From: a virus
Length of the DNA stretch: 64,000 nt
Virus record (IMG/VR): IMGVR_UViG_3300044742_000102
Reading direction: 5' to 3' (one strand)
Positions within the stretch are counted from its first letter, which is position 1, and each line of letters opens with the position of its first letter. The translations under genes and the position numbers were made by a program. The notes beneath the pieces are model-generated. The model made no database searches and was not told the DNA's origin. It saw only the letters and a program-made list of their open reading frames with translations. Below are positions 19,031-27,288 of the stretch, piece after piece.

Positions 19031-19236
19031 TCAGGTTCCTCCGTGATATCTACGAGTTTTGTTGTCACATCAACGAGAGTAGGCAGACCATCCTCATCAG
19101 TTACATCAAAGTAATACTGATAGTCAGTCCAGTAGCGTAGCCAGCTCATGTAGTCTTGCACAAGGTCTTCTACATGTGCCCCACTCTCTGCTTCGACAAT
19201 CACACCAAGAGTTACTCGTGCGGTAAACTCAGCCAT
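19027..19236 (-). CDS. hypothetical acidic early protein
   Basis: 69-aa ORF. Confidence 0.5.
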   Translation of the reverse strand: MAEFTARVTLGVIVEAESGAHVEDLVQDYMSWLRYWTDYQYYFDVTDEDGLPTLVDVTTKLVDITEEPE

Positions 19237-19304
19237 ACAACACCTTCACAATCAAGTATGCCGTAATACACACAGACACAGTAATGAACGCGAGGGCTTC
19301 CCAC

Positions 19305-19436
19305 TTATCCAATGTACTCACCTTTCGTTTCTACTATAATTCCACTAGGAAATCGATTCAAGACACTCAACGCAATAGCATAGTCTAGCGTTGTGATGAT
19401 GTGCATACTACCAGAGAACACATGATAGATTGTCAT
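19305..19436 (-). CDS. 43-aa micro-protein
   Basis: MTIYHVFSGSMHIITTLDYAIALSVLNRFPSGIIVETKGEYIG. ATGA overlap with the upstream stop. Confidence 0.35.
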   Translation of the reverse strand: MTIYHVFSGSMHIITTLDYAIALSVLNRFPSGIIVETKGEYIG

Positions 19437-19939
19437 TCGTCCATCAATCCTGTTCCGTACTTCTCAACATAACACGGCATACAATACTCACCAGTCCAAA
19501 ACACGCTGTATTCATAGTCCTCTTTTCTGGGTGGCAGGGTCTCCCCACAACGCGCACACACAGTCTGGTCTTTCGGATCATCACTCCATCCTACACGAGT
19601 CCCTGATTCAACCTCATATTCAAACCCACTGGTATCTCCAATCGCTGTTTCCCACGCACGCACATCATTCCAAGCCTCTTCCGCGCTAGCTCTCCAATCT
19701 AATTCATGAGTCACACGAGTACCAACCGACCGACCGGCCTGTGCAATGAATGAGAATGCTACACGATAGACTGTGTATGTGAATGGATAATATGCTCCAC
19801 TCTCACATCTTACACACATGAAGTCGATACCGCAACCACCCACATACACACCATGCACACAATAATCATATGGTTCAGCACGATCAAACTGTCCGTAGTC
19901 TACACCATAGCCATTTACATCATCATCACGGTCGATCAC
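19433..19939 (-). CDS. Cys-rich (zinc-binding-like) protein
   Basis: 168 aa with several Cys pairs (CVHGVYVGGCGIDFMCVRC...CARCG...CMPC). Confidence 0.55.
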   Translation of the reverse strand: MIDRDDDVNGYGVDYGQFDRAEPYDYCVHGVYVGGCGIDFMCVRCESGAYYPFTYTVYRVAFSFIAQAGRSVGTRVTHELDWRASAEEAWNDVRAWETAIGDTSGFEYEVESGTRVGWSDDPKDQTVCARCGETLPPRKEDYEYSVFWTGEYCMPCYVEKYGTGLMDE

Positions 19940-20175
19940 TATGGATTCCTCTCATCCTGTACAGCAACAATCTCACGATCTTCATCTGCATAGTAGATAT
20001 CCCACGGATTCTCTACATCAAGATCATGTCCTTCCATTACAAGCAGACCACAATACACTTCCCACGCTTGCCAGAAGTTCTTGTAGAGTACGACTGACTT
20101 TCTATCGTATTCTTCATCATCTCCGCGATCATCTACAATAACGTGCATACCATCAAGAATCGTTGGCATTTTCAT
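19939..20175 (-). CDS. hypothetical early protein
   Basis: 78-aa ORF. Confidence 0.5.
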   Translation of the reverse strand: MKMPTILDGMHVIVDDRGDDEEYDRKSVVLYKNFWQAWEVYCGLLVMEGHDLDVENPWDIYYADEDREIVAVQDERNP

Positions 20176-20306
20176 GGCAATTCTCCTGCTTCTACTGTAA
20201 GGATAACTGACTTAGGGTATTCACGCATAGTATCATATGCATGTCTAATGTCAGTAGTCATCACACGACACACACACCATACGAGAATACGAAGTAAATA
20301 GTCATA

Positions 20307-20690
20307 CTAATACTTCCACGGTTGAATAGGTGTGTCACACTGACTACATATCATGTGGCAACATCCAGTATATCTCACATAGTTGGCAGGTTCAGCCGCA
20401 CCAAACTCGAATATCCATCCAAACAAGCATGAGATACACACCATCTCTCCGTTATAGTCTACGTATCCATTGATTGGTGCTTCATTATCAGGGTATAATG
20501 AGCTAGACTCATCGTTGTACGTTTGGTAGTAGTCACCGCATGTACGCATCACATCTGATTCGTTTCTATCAGCAAGTGAGAGAATACGATGTGCTTCTAG
20601 TTCATGTCCAGTGAGCCAGTAGAATACATCATGCATGTTATTCACCATCCTCAAACTCTGTAATGTCTGCTTCCCACTCGTATACATCAC
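20307..20690 (-). CDS. Cys-rich hypothetical protein
   Basis: 127 aa with VCISC...GCCHMICSQC. Confidence 0.5.
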   Translation of the reverse strand: MMYTSGKQTLQSLRMVNNMHDVFYWLTGHELEAHRILSLADRNESDVMRTCGDYYQTYNDESSSLYPDNEAPINGYVDYNGEMVCISCLFGWIFEFGAAEPANYVRYTGCCHMICSQCDTPIQPWKY

Positions 20691-20877
20691 TAATAATTGC
20701 TTGTGGTTCTCTTACATCACGATACCCCTGCCGCACTATCACACGCTCAGATTCACGATTTGCAATTTCCCATAGTTCTCCAATGCTATCAACATCACCC
20801 GGATGTGGAATCTCGATAGTAACCATAATTTCGATCACCAAAGTCTTACGAGTTTCCATGCTACTTCCTCCTGACAA
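20638..20877 (-). CDS. hypothetical early protein
   Basis: 79-aa ORF. Confidence 0.45.
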   Translation of the reverse strand: MSGGSSMETRKTLVIEIMVTIEIPHPGDVDSIGELWEIANRESERVIVRQGYRDVREPQAIISDVYEWEADITEFEDGE

Positions 20878-21058
20878 TCACAACCACATCATCGACATGC
20901 TTATCCCTATTCTTCTGAGATAGTGGGCAGAATCCGTACCTCTCACCTATACTAAATATGATGTATCCTTTCCATCTTTCTAGATCATGCAGGAACTCTG
21001 CACTTTCGATGCATCTACTCAGCATACTGATTCTCTCGCTCCGATGTGTTGTCACCAA
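20861..21058 (-). CDS. hypothetical early protein
   Basis: 65-aa ORF. The start is uncertain because it overlaps the upstream gene. Confidence 0.4.
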   Translation of the reverse strand: MVTTHRSERISMLSRCIESAEFLHDLERWKGYIIFSIGERYGFCPLSQKNRDKHVDDVVVIVRRK

Positions 21059-21221
21059 AGTCGTCCTCGCTTTCTTCTACATTCCACTCCATCTGAGCAA
21101 CGATGTTAGGTGGAATATCCCATGCGTAGAATATCTCTGCAATGATCCTTTCTGCTTCTTCGTAGTTATCTGCTACTACACCATCGAGGAATCCCGCAAA
21201 GCCTGCTGCGTAGTATTTCAT
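21015..21221 (-). CDS. hypothetical acidic early protein
   Basis: 68-aa ORF. Confidence 0.5.
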   Translation of the reverse strand: MKYYAAGFAGFLDGVVADNYEEAERIIAEIFYAWDIPPNIVAQMEWNVEESEDDFGDNTSERENQYAE

Positions 21222-21265
21222 CTAATCCTCATCGTACGGATGAACGATGACTTCAATCAATCGCA

Positions 21266-21484
21266 TTAGATCATCTCCAAGATCAACAATGGACTCTTGA
21301 CACCATGATGACAGATACCATCAGGTTCGACAGTACAACCACATGGTAGATCGTACATATCTTCGAACATCAACTCTGCAATCTGGTAGTCGTATGTCTC
21401 AGTCCATGTCTCTTTCTTATCTGAGACAGTAATAACTACCACATCATCACCGCGAATGGCATACGATGCCTTCAACTTAACCAT
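21266..21484 (-). CDS. hypothetical early protein
   Basis: ATG at 21484 (MVKLKASYAIRGDD...). The track start at 21490 is a TTG. Confidence 0.5.
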   Translation of the reverse strand: MVKLKASYAIRGDDVVVITVSDKKETWTETYDYQIAELMFEDMYDLPCGCTVEPDGICHHGVKSPLLILEMI

Positions 21485-21650
21485 TGTCAATCTCCTTCTT
21501 ACATGTTACACAGTAGTAGTCACGATATGGCACACCATCAGCATCAGCGTAGAGTGTATCACGTTTCGAGTTGAGTTGGTTATTGCAGCGTACACATGCT
21601 GGTCGAAACTCTGCGTTGTGTGGATGAACAATGACTTCGATTAGTCTCAC
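21477..21650 (-). CDS. 57-aa zinc-ribbon protein
   Basis: GTG start in a GTGA overlap. Translates as (M)RLIEVIVHPHNAEFRPACVRCNN...YYCVTCKKEIDNG. Confidence 0.45.
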   Translation of the reverse strand: MRLIEVIVHPHNAEFRPACVRCNNQLNSKRDTLYADADGVPYRDYYCVTCKKEIDNG

Positions 21651-22078
21651 GCAAACACCAACCCTGTCTCTAGTGCTACCTGCAACTCATTATCCCAAAT
21701 TGCACGCTGGTTGTTCACACGTGCCAACTCCATCACCGTTGATAGATACATTTCATCCTTACTAATGATGCTTGACACATCAATGTACACATCATCCTCA
21801 TCAATCCACGTACCAATTGCTTTCAGTGTCCCCCTATTCGTTCCTCGACTATTCCATTGTTCAATGTATGCTTCATTCCCATTGAGGCACCATTGGGTAA
21901 ATCTAGTCATATCGAAGCTATCAATAGGAATCTGAATACCACGATCATCATCCAGTGACAAACAATACACACGTGCTGCTGGATGCAATGCATACATACG
22001 TGGTAGTAGGAACGTACCACCACCAAACTGCAACGTATGCATCACGACACTATCGTAGTTGTTGTATGGTCTACTCAC
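21647..22078 (-). CDS. hypothetical early protein
   Basis: 143-aa ORF. Confidence 0.6.
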   Translation of the reverse strand: MSRPYNNYDSVVMHTLQFGGGTFLLPRMYALHPAARVYCLSLDDDRGIQIPIDSFDMTRFTQWCLNGNEAYIEQWNSRGTNRGTLKAIGTWIDEDDVYIDVSSIISKDEMYLSTVMELARVNNQRAIWDNELQVALETGLVFA

Positions 22079-22699
22079 TTAGTATGCTCTCCCTCTCTTT
22101 AGAATCCACACATATGCTTGCAGTTCAGCATATGCCCAACCGAGACTATCTGCCACAATACGTACTGCATCACACATAGCAGCATAGTGCTTCGTGCTGA
22201 TCTTCTTCTTCTTATCCTTTCGTGTGAACAATCCAAACACCTGTGCCATGATGCTATCTATGACAATCATCAAGCTCCTATTCCTGTGTCGAATCACATC
22301 AGCGAATGATGTAATCTTCTGACCATTCAGTACGTACAACACATCAGACCATGTGAACGTATCAGGCAACATCATGATATGTTCACATTTGTCTATGCAT
22401 ATATCGAAACATCGAGGTGCTTCATCATCTAATCCCATGTACCAACGAATGAACTGTTCAGCGTTGTATCTGTTTCTTTTCCAACGCTGTCTGATCGACA
22501 TGGCACTTGTAATGCCAATACACTTGTCAATATGCACACCATATGTCTCGCTGAGATACACAGCGAAATCATATGCATACGGATACCAATGTCGCGCATG
22601 TCCCTTCGCATACGCAGCAAGAACAGTATCCTCTTCCTCTTTACGTTGAATGAAATCGTACAAGCGATATGCATATTCCCATGTCAATGCATCAATCAT
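22079..22699 (-). CDS. hypothetical early protein
   Basis: 206-aa ORF. Confidence 0.6.
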   Translation of the reverse strand: MIDALTWEYAYRLYDFIQRKEEEDTVLAAYAKGHARHWYPYAYDFAVYLSETYGVHIDKCIGITSAMSIRQRWKRNRYNAEQFIRWYMGLDDEAPRCFDICIDKCEHIMMLPDTFTWSDVLYVLNGQKITSFADVIRHRNRSLMIVIDSIMAQVFGLFTRKDKKKKISTKHYAAMCDAVRIVADSLGWAYAELQAYVWILKRGRAY

Positions 22700-22920
22700 T
22701 AGTCCTCCAACTCTCGCTTACGAATCCGATAGTACACCTGATGATAGTTACCACCATGCCACACATTGACATAGTATGACCACGACAATGGTTCCCACTG
22801 TGGGTTGTTCTCATGCCAATCTAGTTCTGCTGCCTGCATCGCACCAACGAGTGTTTCGTACACATCCTTGAAATGGTCATGTGTGTACAACTCACAGCCC
22901 AACAACACATACACGTACAT
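22699..22920 (-). CDS. hypothetical early protein
   Basis: 73-aa ORF. Confidence 0.5.
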   Translation of the reverse strand: MYVYVLLGCELYTHDHFKDVYETLVGAMQAAELDWHENNPQWEPLSWSYYVNVWHGGNYHQVYYRIRKRELED

Positions 22921-23061
22921 CTACAGCAATCCCTTCACACACAACACCAACGAGAACACCAGCCCAGCATTTCCCCACAGCGGTAAGCCATAGAGTATGT
23001 TCGTACTGATAAACCCCACAATCACTATGATCGAGATAATCGTGTACAGTGTAAGACTCAC
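22921..23061 (-). CDS. 46-aa two-TM micro-protein
   Basis: GTG start in a GTGA overlap. Translates as (M)SLTLYTIISIIVIVGFISTNILYGLPLWGNAGLVFSLVLCVKGLL. Confidence 0.4.
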   Translation of the reverse strand: MSLTLYTIISIIVIVGFISTNILYGLPLWGNAGLVFSLVLCVKGLL

Positions 23062-23321
23062 GAATATACTCTACGTGGATGTACTACTCCCACAATCTCA
23101 TCATCACGAAACACACCAACAGTATCTACATTCCCCTCATATCTACGCTGCCTAAACTTACCCTTTCCTTCGTAGCCATTACGCACACCATCAGCACTAG
23201 CCCAATCACGAGTATAGGCTATTGCATCATCACGTGTCTTCAACAGTTTCGTATGGTAGTTATCCTTTCTACCACATCCAAACAGCGTAGCCTGCCATTT
23301 CATATGTACTCGTTGTGCCAT
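23058..23321 (-). CDS. hypothetical early protein
   Basis: 87-aa basic ORF. Confidence 0.5.
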   Translation of the reverse strand: MAQRVHMKWQATLFGCGRKDNYHTKLLKTRDDAIAYTRDWASADGVRNGYEGKGKFRQRRYEGNVDTVGVFRDDEIVGVVHPRRVYS

Positions 23322-23654
23322 CTAATCCTCCACGTATTCTGTCTGCTTCAATGATAGGTGAAATTCCTCATCATAGAAGAAGTATGATGACCACAATTCG
23401 TTGAAATCTTCCTCGTTCGTACATTCATCTAGTGCTTCTGAAAAGAGCAGAACACTTTCATCATCTTGCAAGTATGCTACTCCTGTCACACTCCCATCTG
23501 CTTCAATGTAATCAATGGCATAGTTCGCACCATTGCCATATGATGTGAGCCTGTACTTGTTGTAGTATGTCCATGTGTCGATCTTGTGGAATCCCATCTG
23601 CCTACCAACTTTCATCATGATTGTAGACAATACCAACAACCAACTCATTAGCAT
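23322..23654 (-). CDS. hypothetical early protein
   Basis: 110-aa ORF. Confidence 0.5.
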   Translation of the reverse strand: MLMSWLLVLSTIMMKVGRQMGFHKIDTWTYYNKYRLTSYGNGANYAIDYIEADGSVTGVAYLQDDESVLLFSEALDECTNEEDFNELWSSYFFYDEEFHLSLKQTEYVED

Positions 23655-23832
23655 GGTCTATCACTTCGATCATGCTACGGTGATAACACGTGTACAGTGT
23701 CTTACCGAAGTTACCCTGATTGTACAGGATAAACTGTAGACACTGATTCACAGACACAAAGCACCTGTTCATCACGAATACAGATTCATCATCATGCCAC
23801 AAACGAACATCATACATGTTGGACTCCTTCAT
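23602..23832 (-). CDS. hypothetical early protein
   Basis: 76-aa ORF. Confidence 0.45.
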   Translation of the reverse strand: MKESNMYDVRLWHDDESVFVMNRCFVSVNQCLQFILYNQGNFGKTLYTCYHRSMIEVIDHANELVVGIVYNHDESW

Positions 23833-24086
23833 CGTGCCATTCCTCCCAATACATCAAACAGAACCAACACACGTTGCATGATAGCATCATACTGCTCCAC
23901 GCTATCAGTATTATCGAATACTGAATCACGTGTACGTATGAATGTAATCGCATCACTCCCTTCAATGGTAAACAAGTAGTGACCATTCTCGCTCACATCG
24001 AATGCGAGTTTGCCTTTCACCCATGTTGGATTCCATGTGTACAAGGTGATTTCATCATTGTTATTCATTCTACTCACCATCTTCAA
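23829..24086 (-). CDS. hypothetical early protein
   Basis: 85-aa ORF. Confidence 0.5.
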   Translation of the reverse strand: MKMVSRMNNNDEITLYTWNPTWVKGKLAFDVSENGHYLFTIEGSDAITFIRTRDSVFDNTDSVEQYDAIMQRVLVLFDVLGGMAR

Positions 24087-24309
24087 TCAATTCATCATCG
24101 GACACATCAGCGGAGTTGTCATCGACATTGACATTCAACACACGCGCAACAACACCCTTACCATCGAATACCAAGAAACCACCTGAAATCATATCCCAAT
24201 GTGGATTCTTGATCTTCAACTTGCCGACAATTCCGCGTGCTTCACCGTATGACTCCGCAACAGTCTTACCATACGCGGCACCATTCTTGACAAACTCAAC
24301 TGTAAACAC
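24070..24309 (-). CDS. hypothetical early protein
   Basis: 79-aa ORF. Confidence 0.5.
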   Translation of the reverse strand: MFTVEFVKNGAAYGKTVAESYGEARGIVGKLKIKNPHWDMISGGFLVFDGKGVVARVLNVNVDDNSADVSDDELIEDGE

Positions 24310-24388
24310 GTTGTGTACTCCCTACACATGAGACAATGAGCATCACATGATACTCTTTAAATAAATAATACATAGGGTGCATTGAATG

Positions 24389-24592
24389 TTATTCGTAGAG
24401 CGGCTTGGCCTCATAGTATGTCGCATATCGTGTTGCAAGTGTAATGCGACCATCAGAATCAGTTGTCACCTTAGCAGCACCGTACTTGCGCTTTTCGTGT
24501 CGCATATACTGTAGCACCGCGCTTTTCGATGCATTATGCAATACACAAGACTTGCCATAGTCGGCACGCAATTCGTACAAGTTGTACTTCAC
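24389..24592 (-). CDS. hypothetical basic early protein
   Basis: GTG at 24592, just after the upstream TAA. The longer tracked ORF would overlap the upstream gene by 65 nt. Confidence 0.45.
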   Translation of the reverse strand: MKYNLYELRADYGKSCVLHNASKSAVLQYMRHEKRKYGAAKVTTDSDGRITLATRYATYYEAKPLYE

Positions 24593-24593
24593 G

Positions 24594-24989
24594 TTACTTC
24601 CCCATTTCCACGATGTAATCGACCGTATGTCCGTATTGCATGGTTTCGTTGCGTGCAATCAATTCGTGCTGGAGTGCTGTTGCATTGTCAATGCCGTACA
24701 CCTTAGCGTACAGGGTACGCGTAACAATCGGCTTGCGTGCGAACGTGTTAGTTACCACACGAAACACTCTACAATCAGCATCTTTGTGACTATTGTACGA
24801 TCCGGTTGAGACAGGCTCACGAACAATCTCACGTACAGGAATTAGTGCGACCGCTATGTTGTTACTGTCAACAGTACACAACATAGGCTCAAATATGGTT
24901 TCTTCGGCTGCCACCATGCCATGTTTGTCGCGGTATTTCTTGACAACCGGCACATCCTTCGGAAATGTATCGTACACAACTAATTCCAT
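24594..24989 (-). CDS. hypothetical early protein (first gene of the left - strand block)
   Basis: 131-aa ORF, preceded by about 200 nt of untranslated leader. Confidence 0.6.
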   Translation of the reverse strand: MELVVYDTFPKDVPVVKKYRDKHGMVAAEETIFEPMLCTVDSNNIAVALIPVREIVREPVSTGSYNSHKDADCRVFRVVTNTFARKPIVTRTLYAKVYGIDNATALQHELIARNETMQYGHTVDYIVEMGK

Positions 24990-25193
24990 GCTACCCTACA
25001 ATCTTCCGAACTACGAAACCACCAACTACCCTAGCAGGCTCACGTGTGATGACAACTCCGCGTACAATCGTTCGTTGTGTGACACTATCGGGATTCAATG
25101 ACTCACGAATCAGTACACTGTTGCTGATGCCCTTAGTCCGTTTCGTGTTTCTCACGACATATCCTATCTGTCATTCCTAGTGTGATACTTTCA

Positions 25194-25258
25194 CACTGTA
25201 CAGTACACAACACGGGGGTTTCTAGAAACCCCCTCACAACATTCTGTACTGTACAGTG
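25194..25258. repeat. nested inverted repeat
   Basis: Outer 13-bp arms CACTGTACAGTAC (25194-25206) and GTACTGTACAGTG (25246-25258) enclose the perfect 20-bp palindrome GGGGGTTTCTAGAAACCCCC (25214-25233). Confidence 0.85.
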
Positions 25259-25263
25259 CGGTC

Positions 25264-25290
25264 ATACGCGACAATCGCACTGTCGCGTAT
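25264..25290. repeat. 10-bp-stem hairpin
   Basis: ATACGCGACA-atcgcac-TGTCGCGTAT. Confidence 0.8.
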
Positions 25291-26280
25291 CACTCACACA
25301 ATCGCACATCCTAGCAGTATGCTAACTCCGCTAGTCTGTACTATCCTCGCACTGTCACTACCCTGTACGCGATGCAAGCGTTACAACCTATTGTGTAGGG
25401 TCTGAATCCCTACCATATCAGCGGTTCCTAGTAGGTTGAGAGTCTATCCCTGTAGGCTATGTACGCGATCCGTACTAGTGTCGCTATCTGCAACACAACT
25501 AGTACAGTTTTGCGATCCGCACAACTCTACCCCTACAGTCTAGTGCTATCCCTACCCTAGTCCTACCGATACGCGGCACGCGGCACGCATACGTAGTGCT
25601 AACAGCGGGATTGATTATCCGAATCCTCGCACCGCGTACGGCATTCCTGCCTGAACATTCACGCGGGACTGATTCAGTTGTGAGTTGAGGGATACTCAAC
25701 ATACCCGGAGTATACGCGCTATAAAGGAAGCAGACTAGTGTACGTACACTCTCAGAACACCTATATTTGCAGAATGGTACAGTCTATTCCTATTCTAGCA
25801 ATACAGTGGTACACATGCTAGCGTATGCGGTCGATACGCAATCCTTGCTAGACAAGATTCATAGCCTGCCTTGTGCGTAGCCAAATGAGTCGTGGGTCAT
25901 CTGTGCCAGCGGCATGAGCCTTGCATACAAGCCAATAGTTGTCCCGCAACCCCTGCCATATGCTCCCTTTCGTGCGTGGTAAGCATGGTGCTTGCGTGGT
26001 ATGCAACTGGTTGGTTGCGTATGAGGCACCACCCCTACCACTAGCGCAACCATTGCCCCACCAGACACACCCATGCCTACCCTTGTCCCTTGCTGCGCGA
26101 GTGTGCAATGAACACACACCATACGCAATGACACACACTATGAGGCAAGTCTTGTGCCATGCCAACCCACACGCACCATGCACAAGTCTTGTCCACACAC
26201 AACCATTGCACCGAAGCACTTAACCCACCCCCCAGACAATTATTGCCCCGGCTCCGGGCACGAGCGCGTAGGCCCATACT

Positions 26281-26310
26281 AATCTATGCAGACTTTTCAT
26301 ATTATTTCAA
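26281..26310 (-). promoter_or_regulatory. weak candidate sigma70-type promoter reading leftward into the island
   Basis: On the - strand: TTGAAA, 18-nt spacer, TAGATT. Only a partial match to consensus. Confidence 0.25.
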
Positions 26311-26391
26311 GCTGGTATAAAAATGTATATGGACATTTGCATTATGCAGACATTTCACATTATCCCCGCGCACATCAATATAATAAATGGA

Positions 26392-26437
26392 CAAAGAAAA
26401 ACCGACCTACTCAACCCGTGTGGGAAGAATAAGTCGG
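26392..26437 (-). terminator. intrinsic terminator ending the - strand replication operon
   Basis: On the - strand: CCGACTTA...TAGGTCGG (8 bp including one G-U pair) followed by TTTTTCTTTG. It begins about 20 nt after the stop of gene 26459..26671. Confidence 0.6.
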
Positions 26438-26458
26438 TGTATTACTAGCTAAATGTGT

Positions 26459-26671
26459 TTAGGTGGTAACAACATGTCCGTTTCGAAGATGTACGCTAAG
26501 AGTGCCCTCTGTACCCCACACAGTGTGGACAGGTATGATGTTCTCGCAAGTAGAACAATAGCCTACGCTACGACCATTTTCGTGTCGTACATCTATCTTT
26601 CTATTACCCGAACCGGGACAGTGGGCTGGTAGTCCCAGGAATCGTGCGTAGGTACTGTTAGGAGTTTTCAT
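26459..26671 (-). CDS. small Cys-containing (zinc-binding-like) protein
   Basis: ATG at 26671, 10 nt after the upstream TAA. Translates as MKTPNSTYARFLGLPAHCPGSG...GYCSTCENI. Confidence 0.5.
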   Translation of the reverse strand: MKTPNSTYARFLGLPAHCPGSGNRKIDVRHENGRSVGYCSTCENIIPVHTVWGTEGTLSVHLRNGHVVTT

Positions 26672-26681
26672 GAAACCTTCG

Positions 26682-27074
26682 TTAGAATCTAAGGGTGCCT
26701 CGAAGGGTTCCAGCTTGTATGGCACGCTGTTGGGTATCTGCTGTTCCACGTGATTCTCCATCCCATATGGTATACACTTGTCCACCAATACGAACCATAA
26801 AATCGTTCCGAAGAAACCCCGCATGTTTACCCAGATACCAAGGAGCCTTCATTTCATATGCCTCAAATCCGCGCTGTACTGCTGTAATGTGGCTGATTCT
26901 GTCGATACCCGCTGCACCACCTGTCACGATGATGTGTTCTGCTGGATCAAGCTGTGCGATCAGATACTCTACCTGATCGAATGCAGCTACATACCGCTGT
27001 TCGTAGTTTTCTCGAAAACTTCTTTCTGAGTGCTTATCCAGCCTGCTACCCGCGATAACTGTGATTTCCTTCAT
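26682..27074 (-). CDS. SLOG-superfamily DUF2493-like protein
   Basis: VIAGSR...IIVTGGAAGIDRISH...GKHAGFLRNDFMV...WDGESRGT matches the GGAxGxD / AGxxRN / GxxGT pattern of DUF2493. ATG at 27074 follows a GGTGG RBS. Confidence 0.6.
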   Translation of the reverse strand: MKEITVIAGSRLDKHSERSFRENYEQRYVAAFDQVEYLIAQLDPAEHIIVTGGAAGIDRISHITAVQRGFEAYEMKAPWYLGKHAGFLRNDFMVRIGGQVYTIWDGESRGTADTQQRAIQAGTLRGTLRF

Positions 27075-27075
27075 G

Positions 27076-27288
27076 TTACCACCTTTGCATACCCGGATCA
27101 TATCGTGGTTGTGATTGTCTCCAATTGTACTCGTAGGTATCTCGTTCTTGTCTAGCACGCTGTAGTTGATTTATCAGGTTCGCTAGCTCTGCCCGTGCAA
27201 CAGTTAACTCATTTTGTAGGTGGGTATTTTGTGTCACAAGTTCGACAATACGGTCGAGTGCTGCCTGCATATCAGTCATGGTCATCAA
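27076..27288 (-). CDS. coiled-coil protein
   Basis: 70 aa with a heptad-like region LQNELTVARAELANLINQLQRARQERD. Confidence 0.5.
   Translation of the reverse strand: MMTMTDMQAALDRIVELVTQNTHLQNELTVARAELANLINQLQRARQERDTYEYNWRQSQPRYDPGMQRW

Larger units (their letters stand above)
25181..26458. other. protein-free island dense in repeats and palindromes (candidate origin, long ncRNA or leader, or terminal region)
   Basis: No credible ORF. Contains nested inverted repeats, many CTAG motifs, a stretch that is C+A-rich on the + strand, and an AT-rich repeat zone. Bounded by the - strand terminator at 26392-26437. Confidence 0.6.

Noticed and set aside
24287-24296. CTTGACAAAC at 24287 (+) and ATTGACAAAC at 46109 (+) as additional promoters
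   Set aside because: No acceptable -10 hexamer lies 16-19 nt downstream of either. The first also points against the direction of the surrounding genes.
25499-26277. Tracked ORFs inside the non-coding island (25499..25702, 25848..26219, 25859..26134, 25939..26223, 26077..26277)
   Set aside because: They overlap one another on both strands and have no RBS. Their translations are dominated by Cys/Trp/Arg/Gly/His, which is typical of random frames in GC- or CA-biased DNA.
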